Below are positions 13,205-27,160 of a stretch of DNA of 64,000 nt, one piece after another. Source of the DNA: Felis catus (lineage: Eukaryota); assembly GCF_018350175.1 (NCBI RefSeq), contig NC_058368.1, positions 62,001 to 126,000 of the forward strand, in the 5' to 3' direction. The notes under the pieces are model-generated. The model saw only the letters and a program-made list of their open reading frames with translations, was not told the DNA's origin and made no database searches. Every line of letters begins with the position of its first letter. The stretch's first letter is position 1. Both the position numbers and the translations under genes were made by a program.

Positions 13205-16200
13205 GTGTATGTGTGGTGTTTGTGTGACATGTATGTATGTGGTATATGTGTGAATTATCATTGTGTTTGTTGCATATGTAGTGTATGTGTGGTACACGTA
13301 TTGTGTGTACATGATGTATATTCAGTGCATGTGTATTGTATATGTGTGGTGTGTATGGTTAGTATACATGTGTTGTATGTGTGTTGTTTGTGTGTGGAAT
13401 AAATGTGTGGTGTGTACGTGGTGTAAAAGTGATGTGTGTGTGCAGAATAATGATAATAATAATAATAAATGTGTATGTGGTGCATGTGGTGTGTGTGTTG
13501 TGTTGGTGTGGTATTTGTGTGATGTATGGTGTGTGTGTGGTGTATCTGTCCTGTGTGGTATATGTGTGGTGATTTGGTGCAAATATGTGTGATGTTCACG
13601 TATATATGTATAGTGTGTGCACTATGTATGTGCACGGTGTATGTGATGTGTTTGTGTGTGGTATATGTGTGGCATGTTTGTAGAGTATGTTGGTGTGTGT
13701 ATTGTGTATATGTGTTGTATGTGCGGTGTATGTTTGGTGCCTCTGGTACTTTTGTGGAGTGTCTGTGGTATGAATATGTTGGTTTTTTGGTATATGTGTG
13801 TTGTATGTGCTGTGTGTGGTCATTTTGTGTGAGGAAGTATGAGTGTGTGGTGCATGTGTGATCTATGTTGGATATTTTTGTGGTATAAACAAGGTGAATG
13901 AGTATCGTATATGTGGTATGTGTGTAATGTATGTATGATGTATATGGTGTATGTGTGGTATGAGTGTGTATGTGGCACTTGTGTGGCAACTGTGGCTTGT
14001 GATATGTGAGTTGTGTGTGGGGTGCATGTGTTAAATGTGTGATGAGTATGTTGTATGTGTGGTTGTATGTGCTGCATGTTTGATAATTGTGTTAGTTTGT
14101 GTTATCTGTGGTGTGTGTTTGTGGTAGTTGCATGTTGTGCGTGGTAGTTTTGTGTTTTGTATCTGTGCTGTGTTTTGGCATATGTGTGGTGTGTGTACAG
14201 TGTATGTTTGATGTCTATGTGTTGTATGTTTAGTTTGTGTTGGTATATCTGAGGTTAGTATGCATTTGTGTGGCATAGTTTGTTACATATAGTGTGTATA
14301 TGGTGAGTGTGTGATATGTCTGGTGAATGTGTGCTCTGAGTGTGCTGCCTGTGTGGGGTTTGTGGGTTTTCTCTGTGTTGTATGTGTGCAGTATGTGTTG
14401 AATGTTTTGTATGTATGTGTGTGCGGTATGTGTGGGATGCATAGGGTTTATGTATGGTGTGTATGTGTGTTGCTTTCCTTTGGTATACATGTGGTGTTTG
14501 GACAAGTGTTATATGTGTGGTGTCTTCAGGGTATCCATGTTGTGTGTTTTGGTGGTATATTTATTACGTGTGTGTTGTGTATGTTTTTTGCGTGTGCTGT
14601 ATGTTCAGTGTGTATGTGAGGTGTATGTGTGTTTCTGTGTGGTGTATGTAAAGTATGTGTGTTGTTTATATGATGTGTGGGTGTGGAGTTTGATGCATAT
14701 GTGTTATATGTGTGGTTAGTGCTTGTGCATGTGTGGTGTGCATAGTATGTTGGTAGTGTGTTGTGAATGTGTGGTTACCATGTGGTGGATGAATTTTGTT
14801 TGTGTGGTGTATATGTAGGTAATATATGCATGGTGTATGTGTTATGTTGTGTGAAGTGAGCGTGGTATGTGTCATGTATGTGTGCTGTTAGTGATATACG
14901 TGTATGGGTCTTGTGTTTTATATGTGCAGGATTTGAGTGGTACATGTGTGTTGTATGTGTGGTATGTATTTTTGGTTTGTATAATGTGTTGTGTGTGTTT
15001 GGCATGTATATAGTGTCTGTGTAGTATAAGTGACATTCATATATGGTTTACATGCACTGTAAGAGTATATATGTTGTGTATATGTGGTGTATGTGTAGTG
15101 TATGTGTGGTGTGTGTTGTATATGTGTGATCTGCATGTTGTGTTTCTGTGTTTTATGTGTGATGTGTGTATAATATGTGTGTTGAGTTGTGCAGCATATG
15201 TATGGTCTTTAAGTTGTGTATGTGTGGGTTGTGTAGTGTCTTTGTGGTATGAGTGGTATACAGGTAGTGTGTTTTATGTGGTATAAATGTTCTGTGTGTA
15301 TGGTTAATTTGGGTTATCTCTCTGTGTATATGTATATGTGTGTATGTGTGTGGTGTGTCTGTGATGTGTGCAGTGTATGTCTGGTGTGTGTTGTGGTATG
15401 TGTACAGTGTGTATGATGTGTGTGAGGAGTTTCTGTCTATGGTATCTGTGTGGTGTCTGTGTGGTGTGTGTGGTATATGTGTCATGTTTCTGAATGTGAT
15501 GGTGGTATATATCTGTAAGTTTTATAGCTTATGTGTAGTGGGCTTATATGGTATATGAGGTGTGTGTGATGTGTTTTGTACATGTGTGGCATATGTGTGT
15601 CTCATGTAGTGTAGGTGTTGTGTATATGTAGTGTGTGTATGGCATGTGTAGAGTGTTTTTATGTCTGCTTTGTGTGTGATGTATGTGTGAAATGTGTGCT
15701 GCATCTCTAGTTTATGGTGTTTGTGTTTGTGTGGTTTGTGTATGTGACATATGTGGTGTGTATGTGGTGTGTGTGAGGTATATGTGCGGTGTATGTGTGA
15801 TGTGTGTGGTGTGTTTAATTGTGGTTGAAGTGTGTTGTATATGTAGGATGTGTAGTATATTTTGGCATGTGGTTTTATATATGTGTGGTGTGTTCGTGGT
15901 GTAATTATGATGCACGTGTGGCTTATTGTTGTATGCGCATTTTTTCTGTAGTTTATGTGTGGTACCTGTGTGGTATGTGCCATATGAATTGTGCATGTGG
16001 CATATGTGTGCTGTGAGTAGCATGTTTGGTTTGTGTGTCTTCTGATGTATATGTGTGGTTTGTGTTTTTGGCATATATGTGCACATTTTGTAGTGTATGT
16101 GTGGTGTATGTGGTATATGTGATATGTATGATGTGTGTTTGATGTATAAGTGGTGTGTGTGGTATATGCATAGTTAATGTGTGGTGTATATGTTGTGTAT

Positions 16201-17544
16201 GTGTGGTGTGCTTGTGGTGTGAATGCAGAGTATCTGTGTTTGGTATGTTTATGGTGTTTATGGGAAAAACGTGTGCTGTATCTGTAGATTTTTTCGATGC
16301 CTGTGAAGTTTGTGTGTGTGTGTGGTATATGTGTGCTAATGTGTGTGATGTGTAGTATATGTGTTGTGCATGTGTGGAGTAGGTGTGATTTATGTGCAGT
16401 GTGTGACATGTGTGAGTGTGGTGAAATTGTGGTGTATACATAGGTGTGTGTGGTGTACATTTGTTGTGTGTGACATACATGAGTTGTATGTGTGGTATAA
16501 GTCTGTTACAAGTGTGTTCTTTGTGTGTTGTGTGTTTGGTATTGTGTGGTGTGTTTATGATGCATCTTTGGTGTGTGGTATATATGTGCTGTGTGTGTAT
16601 GGTTATTTGTGGTGTTTTTGGGGTATATGTGGTGTGTATGTGATATGTATGGTATGTGTTTGGTATGTGTGGTTGGTGTTTGTTGAAAGTGTTTTTTGTG
16701 TGGTGTATATGTGGTTTTATTGAAGTGTGTGTGTGTGTGATGTGTATGTGTGGTATATATATTATGTGTAGTGTAGGTGAGTGTGTAGCTTATGTGTTTG
16801 TGTGTATTGAGGGAGTGGTATATGTAAGTAATATACACTTGTCATATGTATGGTGTATGTGAGATGTCTATGCATTATATGTGGTGATTGTGTGGTATAT
16901 GTGTATTTTATGTCTGGTTATTGTGTGTGATGTGTATGCTGTGCAGTGTATGTGTGCTATTTGTGTTGTGTTTAGTTTGTGTGACATGTGTGTAGTGTAT
17001 GCATGGTTTGTGTTTGTGGTATATGTGTGCATGTTTTGTGACATGTGTGGTATGTGTGTTTGTGTATGTTATTTGTGTTGTGTGTGTGGTTAGTGTGTGG
17101 TGTCTGTGTTGTGTATCTCTTATGTGTATGTTATGCATGTTTGTGTAATATACATCTTGTATGTGTGGTGTGTATATAGTGTTTGTGGTATATGTGTAGT
17201 GTTTCTGTCATATATTTGTGGGATGTGGGAGCTATATCTCTAATATATGACTGGTACTGTGTATTGTGTGTGGGGGAGGTTATGTGAGATTTATATGCTG
17301 TGTATGTGTAGTGTGTGTTTGGCCTGTGCATGCAATGTTTTTCTGTGTGGTATATGTGAATTGTGTGTGTGGAATGTGTGTGCGATTTGTGTGTGTGTGG
17401 CAGATGTGGTGTGTGGGGGTGGTGTACGTGTGGTATGAATTGGTGTGGGTGTAGTGTATATCTGTGGTATTTGTGTTGTGTATGGTGGTGTGTAGGTGTG
17501 TGTAGTTGTGGTATATGTGTGTATATGAGTGGTGTGTATGTGTG

Positions 17545-20500
17545 TAGAATATATAATTGCTCATAATATTCTCTTATTGTTTGTATTTCTGTGGTGTTGG
17601 TTGTGATCTCTTTCATTCATGATTTTATTTTATTTGGGTCCTTTTGTTTTTCTTTTTGATAAATCTGGCTAGGAGTTTATCAATTTTGTTAATTCTTTCA
17701 AAGAGCCAGCTCCCGGTTTTGTAGATCTGCTTTTTTTTTTTTTAATCATTGGTTTCTGTTCTAATCTTCATTATTTCCCTTCATCTGCTGATTTTTGGCT
17801 TTATTTGCTGTTCTTTTCCTTGCCCCTTTAGGTGAAAGGTTAGGTTGTGTATTTGAGACCTTTCTTCTTTAGGAAGGCCTGGATTGCTATATACTTCCCT
17901 CTAATGACCATCTTTGCTGCATCCCAGAAGTTTTGGACTGTTGTGTTTTCATTTTCATTTGCCTCCATGTTATTTTAATTTCCTCTTTAATTTCTTGGTT
18001 AATCCATTCATTCTTTAGTAGGATGTTCTTTAATCTCCAAGTATTCATGGTCTTTCCAAGTTTTTTCTTGTGGTTTATTTACAGTTTCATAGTGTTATGG
18101 TCTGAAAATATACATGGTATTGTCTCAATCTTTTTGTACTTGTTGAGGACTGACTTGTGACCCAGTTTGTGATCTACTCTGGTGAATGTTCCATGTGCAC
18201 TTGAGAAGAATGGGTAGTCTGTTATTTTAGGATGAAACGTTCTGAACATATCTGTCCAGTGTGTCATTTAAAGCCATTGTTTCCTTGTTGATTTTCTGCT
18301 TAGATGATCTGCCCATTGTTGTAAGTGGGGTGTCGAAGTCCCCTACTATTATGGTATTATTATCAATGAGTTTCCCTATGTTTGCCATTAATTTATTTAT
18401 ATATTTGGGTGCTTTCAAGTTGGGAGCATAAATATTTACAAGTTAGATCTTCTTGGTGGATAGACTCCTTAGTTATAATGCCCTTCTTCACCTCTTGTTA
18501 CAGTCTTTGTGTTAAAATCTAGTTTGTCTGATATAAGTATGGGTATTCTAGCTTTCTTTTGATGTCCATTAGCATGGTAGGTGGTTCTCCATACCCGTAC
18601 TTTCCATCTGCAGGTGTCTTTAGGTCTGAAATGAGTCTCTTGTAGACAGCATATAGATGGATCTTGTTTTCTTATCCATTCTGATACCCCATGTCTTTTG
18701 ATTGGAGAATTTAGTCTATTTACATTCAGAGTGATTATTTAAAGATATGAATTTAGTGCAATTGTGTTATCTGTAGAGTTGGTGTTTCTGATGATGGCCT
18801 CTGGTCCTTTCTAGTCTTTATTGCTTCCCTTGTAGGTTAAGGACTCCCCCCCCCCAACCTTGCTGCTTTCTTAATTCATTCCTTGTCAGTGTAATTTGTA
18901 AATTTGACTATGATATGTCTTGGTGAGGTAGGTTTTTGTTGAATTTAATAGGTCTTCTCTATGCTTCTTGGATTTTGATATCTGTGTACTTCCCTAGATT
19001 AGGAAAGTTTTCTACTATAATTTGCTCACATAAAACTTCTGCCCCATTTTCTCTTTCTGCATCATCCTATGATTCTAATGTTATTCCTTTTTAATAAGTC
19101 ACTGAGTTCTCTGTCTTGTATCATGATCTTTTGCCTTTGTTTCCATCTTTTTTCTGCTTCATTATTTTCCATAATTTTATCTTCTATCTCACTGATTCAC
19201 TGCTCTGCTTCATCCATCCTTGCTGTCAAGGCATTGATTTGAGATTGCTTCTCAGTTATAGCATTTTTAATTTTGGCCTGACTAGATTTTCATTATTTTA
19301 CCTCCACAGAAAGGTATTCTCTGGTGTCTTCTGTTTTTTTCAACCCTCGCTAGTATTATTATAATCATGGTTTTAAATTCTAGTTCAGACATCTTACATA
19401 TCTCTGTATTAAGTCCCTGGCCATCATTTCTTCCTGTTCTTTCTTTTAGGGTGAATTCTTCCATCTTATCATTTGGAGGAAGAAAAAAATAAATAAAAGA
19501 AGAAATAAAAAATTTAAAAATTACAAACAAAACAAAATAAAATCAGATCAAGGAAGCTATATCCCTGGTGCGTTTCAGTCTGCTTGATGAAAGAAGCTTG
19601 ATAGAATAGAGAAAAAAGAGAAAGGAAAGAAAAAGAAGCTTAAAAAATTAAAGAGTAAAATAGAATAAAATGAAATAAAGAAAATAGAATTAAGTTTTTA
19701 AAAAATTAAAAAAATAAAAAAGAATTTGCTCATTCTGTATCCAAGAAAGGGAAAAGAAAGGAAGAAAGAAAAAAAAGTAAGAAAACAATTTAAGCAAAAA
19801 CAGAAGCAAAGAAAATGAACAAATGAATGAACCAGCAAACACAATGAAACCCAAATGAAGTTATATCTAGTTTTCCCTAGAATTGAATCTTTGAAGCACA
19901 ATATAGTCCATCGATGAAGCAGATGGAAGGATTTGTGCTGGTCTTCTGGGGGATGTGTCTGGAGGTTGCAGTTGGGCAGGGCTTGGTGTAATGGCTCTGT
20001 TCTCCACTTGGTGGTGCTGCTTAGCTTACTGGAGTGGATTCATGTGTTTGAGTGTGAGTGGATGTGCAGGCAGGGTGTGTGCAGGGATGAAAATGCCCTC
20101 ACCCAGCTCCCTAGTCTCTGGCATAGGAACTTTGCACTATCATAGACCTGTGATCAAGCACCTCTCCTCTGTCTCAGGCCTCCATCCACTCCAAGCTGTC
20201 CACCTGCCAGATGGTGCCTCTCTCCAGAGTTTTATCTCAGACAGGGGTGTCTTCAAAACCCCACACTTCTGAGACCCCCACAGCTTGGTCCTGTGCTGAT
20301 TCCCTGGGGGAGAGTCTTGCTGAGCAATGGCCAGGTGCCAGTTTGCCCCAGAAATGTTTGCACAATTGTGCAGTGGCAAAGGTTCAGAGTTTATGGCAAT
20401 CACAACACATACCTGGTGCCAGGTCTCACTGGACTCTTGCATCTTTGTCCCAATACCAGCAAACATGGCTACTCTCCAGGGTCCACTGAGACCTTGACCC

Positions 20501-21013
20501 ACAGGGAAGCCATATGGCCTCTACCAAATGCACTCCAAGCAGGGGAACCACTTATTCCAATGTGGCACATGGACTCCTGAGACCATGATGCCTGCTCCTG
20601 GGGTTTCACCCTACTTCCTCACCAAAGCACCTGAGCTCTGAACCTTCAGACTCTGCACTCCACTGTTTATATACTGATGGTATTGAAACCCTCTCCTTTC
20701 TCCCCCACAGTGGTTTTGGGAAACAGATTTCTTGTCCAGTCCCCTGCGAATGTTTTCACTCTTTCTCTCTCTTTTTCTCCAGCTACTTTTGGGGGAACTG
20801 CTTTTCCCTCCATAGCTCCATGGCTTTTCTCTCCCCCAATTCACCTCTCCACACCACATACCTGCCAACTTCTGTGGCTCAAATTATGCATTTTGTTTCA
20901 TTAATCCTCAGATCAGTTTCCTAGGTGCATCAAATGGTTTGATGCTGATCTAGCTGTGTTTCAGTGACAAGACGAACTCAGGGTCCCTGAGCTGCTTCGC
21001 CATCTTAACTCCT
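17545..21013 (-). mobile_element. Older L1, 5' portion only (5'UTR, ORF1 remnants, ORF2 endonuclease to tower region), internally deleted
   Basis: Minus strand starts GGAGTTAAGATGGC; translated fragments TIIVGDFDTPLTTMGRSSKQKINKET, FFSSAHGTFTRVDHKLGHK, EITTNTTEIQTIREYYEQLY. Confidence 0.9.
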
Positions 21014-21072
21014 ACATCTATCTATTACTCTTTGAAAGGATAAGACTTGTTGTTAATGATGAAGAGACTCAT

Positions 21073-21296
21073 GGGGTACCTGGGTGGTTCAGTCAGTTAA
21101 GCATCTGACTTTGGCTCAGGTCATGATCTCATGATCCATGGGTTTGAGCCCTGTGTCAGGCTCTGTGCTGACAGCTCAGAGCCTGGAGCCTATTTCGGAT
21201 TCTGTGTCTCCCTCTCTCTCTCTGACCCTCCCCCACTCTCACTCTGTCTCTTTCTCTCTCTCTCAAAAATAAATAAACATTAAAAATTTTTCTTCA
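21073..21296 (+). mobile_element. Can-SINE
   Basis: GGGGTACCTGGGTGGTTCAG head; TSD AAT(G/A)ATGAAGAGACTCAT. Confidence 0.92.
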
Positions 21297-22022
21297 AATA
21301 ATGAAGAGACTCATTGCTTACAAAACTTTCCACAGAGTATTCAAATCCATTCATTTAGGATCCTGAAACAATTCTATTTTAGTCCATTTGCTTATTAATG
21401 GGTTTAAACAAGCTGCACTTCTTTAAAGCCAATAAAACATTAAAAAGTAAAACAAACAAACAAAAACTACTAGTTCTCCAAACCATTTAGCACTCTGGTC
21501 CCTAAGAAATGTTTAACATCAATGCAAACCTCTAAATGGAATACCATCAACTCATAAAAATTATGTGACTAAGCATATATACTAGCAGGGAAAATTTTTA
21601 AAAAATAACAAAAACCAATATAACCAATAAAGTATATTAAAATAAGAATATGAATAGTACTACTTTTATTGTGGAGTTTAAACTGAAGGGAAAAATGCAA
21701 ATCCTATAATCCATACAAGAATCCATCCAATATCTACAATTTATATAGTAGATAATGAATCTAACACACAACTTGCTTGAAATATTTGGTGCCAACATTA
21801 GAAAGACTCCATATACTCTAATCTTTGGGTCACACATTGTACAACACAGCTTTGCTTTTCCTATATTTTCACAATCCCAGTCACTACCCACCAGACACAA
21901 TCACTACCTTAGTGTTCAAACACACAAGTTCACACTTAGTGTTCACATCAGGTGATGGCAGGCCAACCAATCCAAATCTCCTTTAGCATCAGTTAACCAT
22001 TGATCAGAACTATCAAGGTTAA

Positions 22023-22222
22023 GGGCACCTGGGTGGCTCAGTTGATTAAGCATGACTCTGGATCTCACCTCAGGTCATGGTCCCAGGGTCCTGGGATTGA
22101 GCCCCTCTTTGGGGCAGAGCCTGCTTGGGGTTCTCTCTCTCCCTATCTCTCTGCCTCACCCCTGCTGTCTCTCTCTCAACATAAATAAATAAACATTTAA
22201 AAATAAAATAATAATAAATAAA
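22023..22222 (+). mobile_element. Can-SINE (older subfamily)
   Basis: GGGCACCTGGGTGGCTCAG head, CT region, A-rich tail. Confidence 0.85.
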
Positions 22223-22470
22223 AGGGAGGCAGATTGAAGAACTATCAGCCTACACTATTGTCATAGTACTGCTACAGACTTACTAATAAGCATCATTCTT
22301 TCCCCTTTGTGTATGTAATTCTCTGTAAAGACACAAAATTGTTTTCCATACATGCCCACTTATCTCACTGTGTACTACAATAAAGGACCCTTCTCTTGAA
22401 GCATAAAATATGACCCACCTGAGAAGTGTTTAAGCATTTTTAAGCATAACTTTAAAACACAATAAATGTT

Positions 22471-22692
22471 GGGGCACCTGGGTGGCTCGGTCGGTTAAGC
22501 ATCTGACTTCGGCTCAGGTCATGATCTCACAGTCCGTGGGTTCGAGCCCCGCGTCGGGCTCTGTGCTGACAGCTCAGAGCCTGGAGCCTGTTTCAGATTC
22601 TGTGTCTCCATCTCTCTCTGCCCCTCCCCTGTTCATGCTCTGTCTCTCTCTGTCTCAAAAATAAATAAACGTTAAAAAAAATTAAAAAAAAA
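22471..22692 (+). mobile_element. Can-SINE (young, CpGs retained)
   Basis: GGGGCACCTGGGTGGCTCGGTCGG, B-box GGTTCGAGCCC; TSD AAAACACAATAAA(T/C)GTT. Confidence 0.93.
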
Positions 22693-23561
22693 CACAATAA
22701 ACGTTTACTTTTCTTAAAAAAATATTCCATCCTCCTGAAAATAAAAGCACTACTTTTATGCAGCTCTGGCATAACAGATAATAAAACTTCCAGTGGGTCC
22801 TGGGTATGTGGACACTGACTGGATCACAGAAGCATGGCAGCTACTTTCCTATCTAATCAACACCTCCAATGATGGTGTCCCTTGGAAAGGGGGAAGACAT
22901 ACATTTTCCTTTGCCCCCGCCCATAGTGGAGATGTCGAAGGGTAACAATTCTCCAGCATGATCAGCATCCTCTTACAGTATCCAATAACTATCATTATTT
23001 ATTCTTATAATTTGGATGTAACAATATCTTGCTTTACTAACTACCATTTATCAACTGAGAAAAGAGGCAGAAATGAAGTAAAACAGAAGCATTTATTTAG
23101 GGTCTTACAATTGCAATTTGAAGCACAGATTCAAATAGCAACCCAAATTGTGTCACATTAGGGAACAAAGTTAAGGGCTCTCAAAGACAAAAGGAAATGC
23201 TTGTATACATTGTTTACAAATAATTGTGATTGGTGTTGCTGGCAGAAAACTAATCTCAGCTAAACAGAATAAAGACCATCACTGAGCAAAAGTCCATTAC
23301 TTTTGCAAGTTGCGGGTGTTCCTGAAGAATCCCTGGAGTAGTCATAGTTTGGTTCTGTTCAAAGGTTCATGGCCTACCCACTGAGGACATTCATAAGGCC
23401 CACCTCCTTAATGGATTCCTGGCTCCATTTTAAAATCCCTTGACATAAATCACCCCATTTTGTTTCACCTTTCACACATTTCAAATGATTAGAAGCCATA
23501 TTTGCCACATATTTATACTTTTAATATAAAAAAGACAGGATATTTTTATTAAACAATTTTT

Positions 23562-23755
23562 AAAGTTTCCTTATTCTGAGAGAGAAAAAGCACAGGAAAG
23601 GTGGAGAGAGAAGGATAGAGAGAGCGAATCCCAAGCAGGGTCCACACTGTCAGCATAGAGCCTGACACTGGACTCGAACTCATGAACTGAGAGATCATGA
23701 CCTGAGCCAAAACCAAGAGTCAGACGCTTAACTGACTGAGCCACCCAGATGCCCC
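23562..23755 (-). mobile_element. Can-SINE
   Basis: Reverse-complement head ends CTGAGCCACCCAGATGCCCC. Confidence 0.88.
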
Positions 23756-24204
23756 AAGACTTAGAATGTCTTCAGTCACTAAAATTGTATCCTATAGCTA
23801 TCATGTCACAGGCAATACTTGTTTCTTCCTACTGGTCCCTTAATGCTAAATTTTATTCACATTAGATTATTACTTATAATGCAAAAGTAGGGATGAACAG
23901 AGAAGTATGATTTTCTATTTCCTTTATCTCTTATTTTATTGCCAATAAATTTGTATTTAGAAACTCAGTTACTATATCATTGCTATTTCAAAATCAGTTG
24001 ACAAAAATAGAAATAGATATACTCTCAACACAAGCTCTATCAAAGTATCATTCTATCTTCACCATTGATTCAATCACACTTCAATCAAAATAACTAATTT
24101 CAACTAACCAAAACTGTTAGTAATTTTCTACTTTACATTCAACTGGTATTAGTTACCAATAGAAAGCCTAGACACCCAAGTTGGCTGTTTAAAATAATGG
24201 TAAA

Positions 24205-25220
24205 CAAGATGGCTAACCGACACATGAAAATATTCTCAACATCACTCATCATCAGGGAAATACAAATCAAAACCACAATGAGCTACCACCTCACACCTGT
24301 CAGAATGGCTAACATTAACACCTCAGGCAACAACACATGTTGGCGAGGATGCGGAGAAATAGAATCTCTTTTGCACTGCTGGTGGGAATGCAAACTGGTA
24401 CAGCCACTCCGGAAAACAGAAAGGAGGTTCCTCCAAAAATTAAAAACAGAACTACCCTACGCTAGCAGCGCTAGCAACAATAGCCAAAGTACAGAAAGAG
24501 CCCAAATATCCATTGACAGGTGAATGGATAAAGAAGATGTGGTATATATATATACAATGGAGTATTACTTAGCAATCAAAAAGAACGAAATCTGGGGCAG
24601 CTGGGTGGCTCAGTCGTTAAGCGTCCGACTTCGGCTCAGGTCATGATCTCGCCATCCGTGAGTTTCAGCCCCACGTCGGGCTCTGTGCTGACAGCTCAGA
24701 GCCTGGAGCCTGTTTCAGATTCTGTGTCTCCCTCTCTCTCTGACCCTCCCCCATTCATGCTCTGTCTCTCCCTGTCTCAAAAATAAATAAATGTTAAAAA
24801 ATTAAAAAAAAATAATGAAATCTTGCCATTTGCAACTACATGGATGGAATTGGAGGGCATTATGCTAAGGGAAATTAGTTAGAAAAAGACAAATATCATA
24901 TGACTTGGAACTGGAGGGTATTATTCTAAGCAAAATTAGTCAGAGAAAGACAAATATATGACTTCACTCATATGAGGAATTTAAGATACAAAACAGATGA
25001 ACATAAGGGAAGAGAAGCAAAAGTAATATAAAAACAGGGAGGGTGACAAAACATAAGAGACTCTTAAATACAGAGAACAGACAGACAGTTGCTGGAGGGG
25101 TCGTGGGAGGGGGGATGGTCTAAATGGGTAAGGGGCATTAAGGAATCTACTCCTGAAATCATTGTTGCACCACACGCTAACTTGGATGTAAATTAAACAA
25201 TAAATAAATTAAAAAAAAAA
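24205..25220 (+). mobile_element. 5'-truncated L1 3' end with nested Can-SINE (24594-24812)
   Basis: [23 protein letters not shown]...[13 protein letters not shown]1 3'UTR and A tail at ~25195-25220. Confidence 0.9.
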
Positions 25221-25639
25221 GATTATTCCTGTGCAAAGTGACTCACCTAAAGAAAAATTAATAAATAAAAATAAAAAATAATGGTAAATAAATATTCCTA
25301 AAGACCTCAGTATACTTAGTGCCCATCGTACTGACTGGCACACAGCAAGCACTGAGTAGACAGGTGTGGGCAGGCTGACAGAGAGCAGATGATGATTGGA
25401 CAGAATCAAGTAAGCAGGTGAGGAGGCAGAAAAGGCAGAAGGAGGTGAGAAAGAAGACCCAAAGGGTCCTTAAATCCAAGAAACATATGTGAAATGATAC
25501 AGATAGTAAGTATGGAGACATGCGGACGGGGCCAGTTAGGTCTAGCTAGTAAAGATATGAGAAGATATAGGAGTTCAGTAAGCCCTCTCAGACACTAGGA
25601 GAGACAAGTAGTGTGCTCCAAGAGTGTCTGCACTGTGTC

Positions 25640-27160
25640 AGCCAGCAGAGTTTGGCTGCTGTGCCCTCCAGGCCTGTTGGGCTCAAACCAGTCTCCCAAA
25701 CCTGTAGAGTCCCCACAGTGGGCAGTGCCCACTCCCTGAAAATCTTTCCGAAATGGCAGCTTTAAACTGACACAGTTACCCCCAACTTGGACTGGCTGCC
25801 TGATGGGGTCCCAGGCTTACCAGTAATCAAGGCTGTCAGGTATCTGTTACCAGAAGGTATCTCAATCCATCTCACACTGCCCTGCCCTGAGAAGGCAGCC
25901 CATATTCCTCCAGTTGTGTCATCAGGGGGAATATGCACATTTGTTCAGATTAGCACTTAGAATTAGGCAGTGGTCAAGTCCCCCAAGTAACCCACTAACG
26001 GAACCCAGCCTCTCCCTACAGATGCCCTGGTTCAGATCCCAGACTCCCCTGACCTGTGCCACCAATGCATGTGTAACATGTATTCTGTCAGCTGTCCTTT
26101 AGCTCTTGGGGCCCTCCAGGTCTGTTGAACTGAGGCTGATCCCCAAAACTTGCATATCATTCAGGGTGGACAGTGCTCATTCCCCAAAAATCTTCCTGAG
26201 ATGGCAGCTTTAAACTGGACACTGTCAGTACCCATTTGGACTGGCTGTCTGATGGTGTCCTGGGCTTACCAGTAATCAAGTCTCCCTGGTGTGCCTTAAT
26301 AAAGGATGACCCAGCTAACTGGCTGGGCTGATGCTGACAAAGCAGTACAATTTCTTCTATCCCAGCCTTCACGGGTAACATGCACATGTGTGGAGAGTAG
26401 AGCTTACAGTTAGGCACACTCCTGGCCTTGCAAGAGCTGGATCCTGTGCCCTGGCATCTATAGACCCTTGCCTGTTCCAGATCCCTGCCATCCCTGATTC
26501 CCAGTATACACTCCTTAAGCAGGTCTTGGACACTGGGGAGTTGATGCCTGGCCCCAAATGACTGCATAGTCTATAGGGTGGTGGAAGCCCAGCCACCCAA
26601 ATCACTCAGGCAGCAGCTGTAAATTGGTGACAGTCAGTCCTGTTAAGGTTCCAGGTGTCTCTTACTGGAGAATTCACCAATAAGAGGACTCCTGCCTCAC
26701 ATTAAGAAGTCCACTATCCTCCAGCTCTGCCTACAGAGGAAATGTGCACATTTGTCCATGCTAGGGCTTGTGAATAGGCGTACCACTTATTCCCCCAAAG
26801 CTATCTCCTATGACCTGCAATCTGCAGACTACTGCCCTGTTCCAACTCCCTGGCAACCCAGACCTGCATAAACCACCATGCTCTGTTCACACTCCTTCAG
26901 GAGGTCTTGGTTAGATAAGGTGCTCCACTCCTGTGCATCCAGGGCCTGAATCCAAACACCTGCATAGTGGTGTAGTGGGAGCTCACCTCCCAAAAATTTT
27001 TCTGAGGCAGTAAAACTGCAAATTGGCCACAGTCAGTCCCCATTTGGACCTGCAGCCTGATCTGGTCCCAGGTGTCCCTGTACCCGGGCTCCTGGGTGTC
27101 AGTTATTAGAGGAAATACCAGCCAGCCACCCAGTCCTGATCCGAATAGTCACTGCTAAGG
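25640..27160. repeat. Diverged ~400-450-bp tandem repeat (about 4 units)
   Basis: Anchor GGCAGC(TT/TG)TAAA(C/T)TG...CAGTCAG...TTGGAC recurs at ~25755, 26203, 26612, 27010; ATGCACAT(T/G)TG-like motif at ~25932, 26379, 26744. Confidence 0.75.

Larger units (their letters stand above)
9420..17545. repeat. ~8-kb degenerate TG/TA-rich low-complexity tract (TGTGTGGTATATG-like), interrupted by two LTRs
   Basis: + strand almost entirely T, G and A; pure (TG)n at ~10145-10172 and (TA)n at ~11815-11857; overlapping ORFs are low-complexity C/V/Y/M or H/T/I/Y strings. Confidence 0.95.

Noticed and set aside
9333..17616. Dozens of long His/Thr-rich or Cys/Val-rich ORFs (up to 312 aa), tempting as EDC-type structural proteins
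   Set aside because: They are translations of the TG/CA simple repeat in all frames, with no splice or promoter context
22730..22975. Possible last exon or pseudogene on the minus strand (EDADHAGELLPFDISTMGGGKGK...)
   Set aside because: Short, preceded by an in-frame stop, no family recognised; needs blastx
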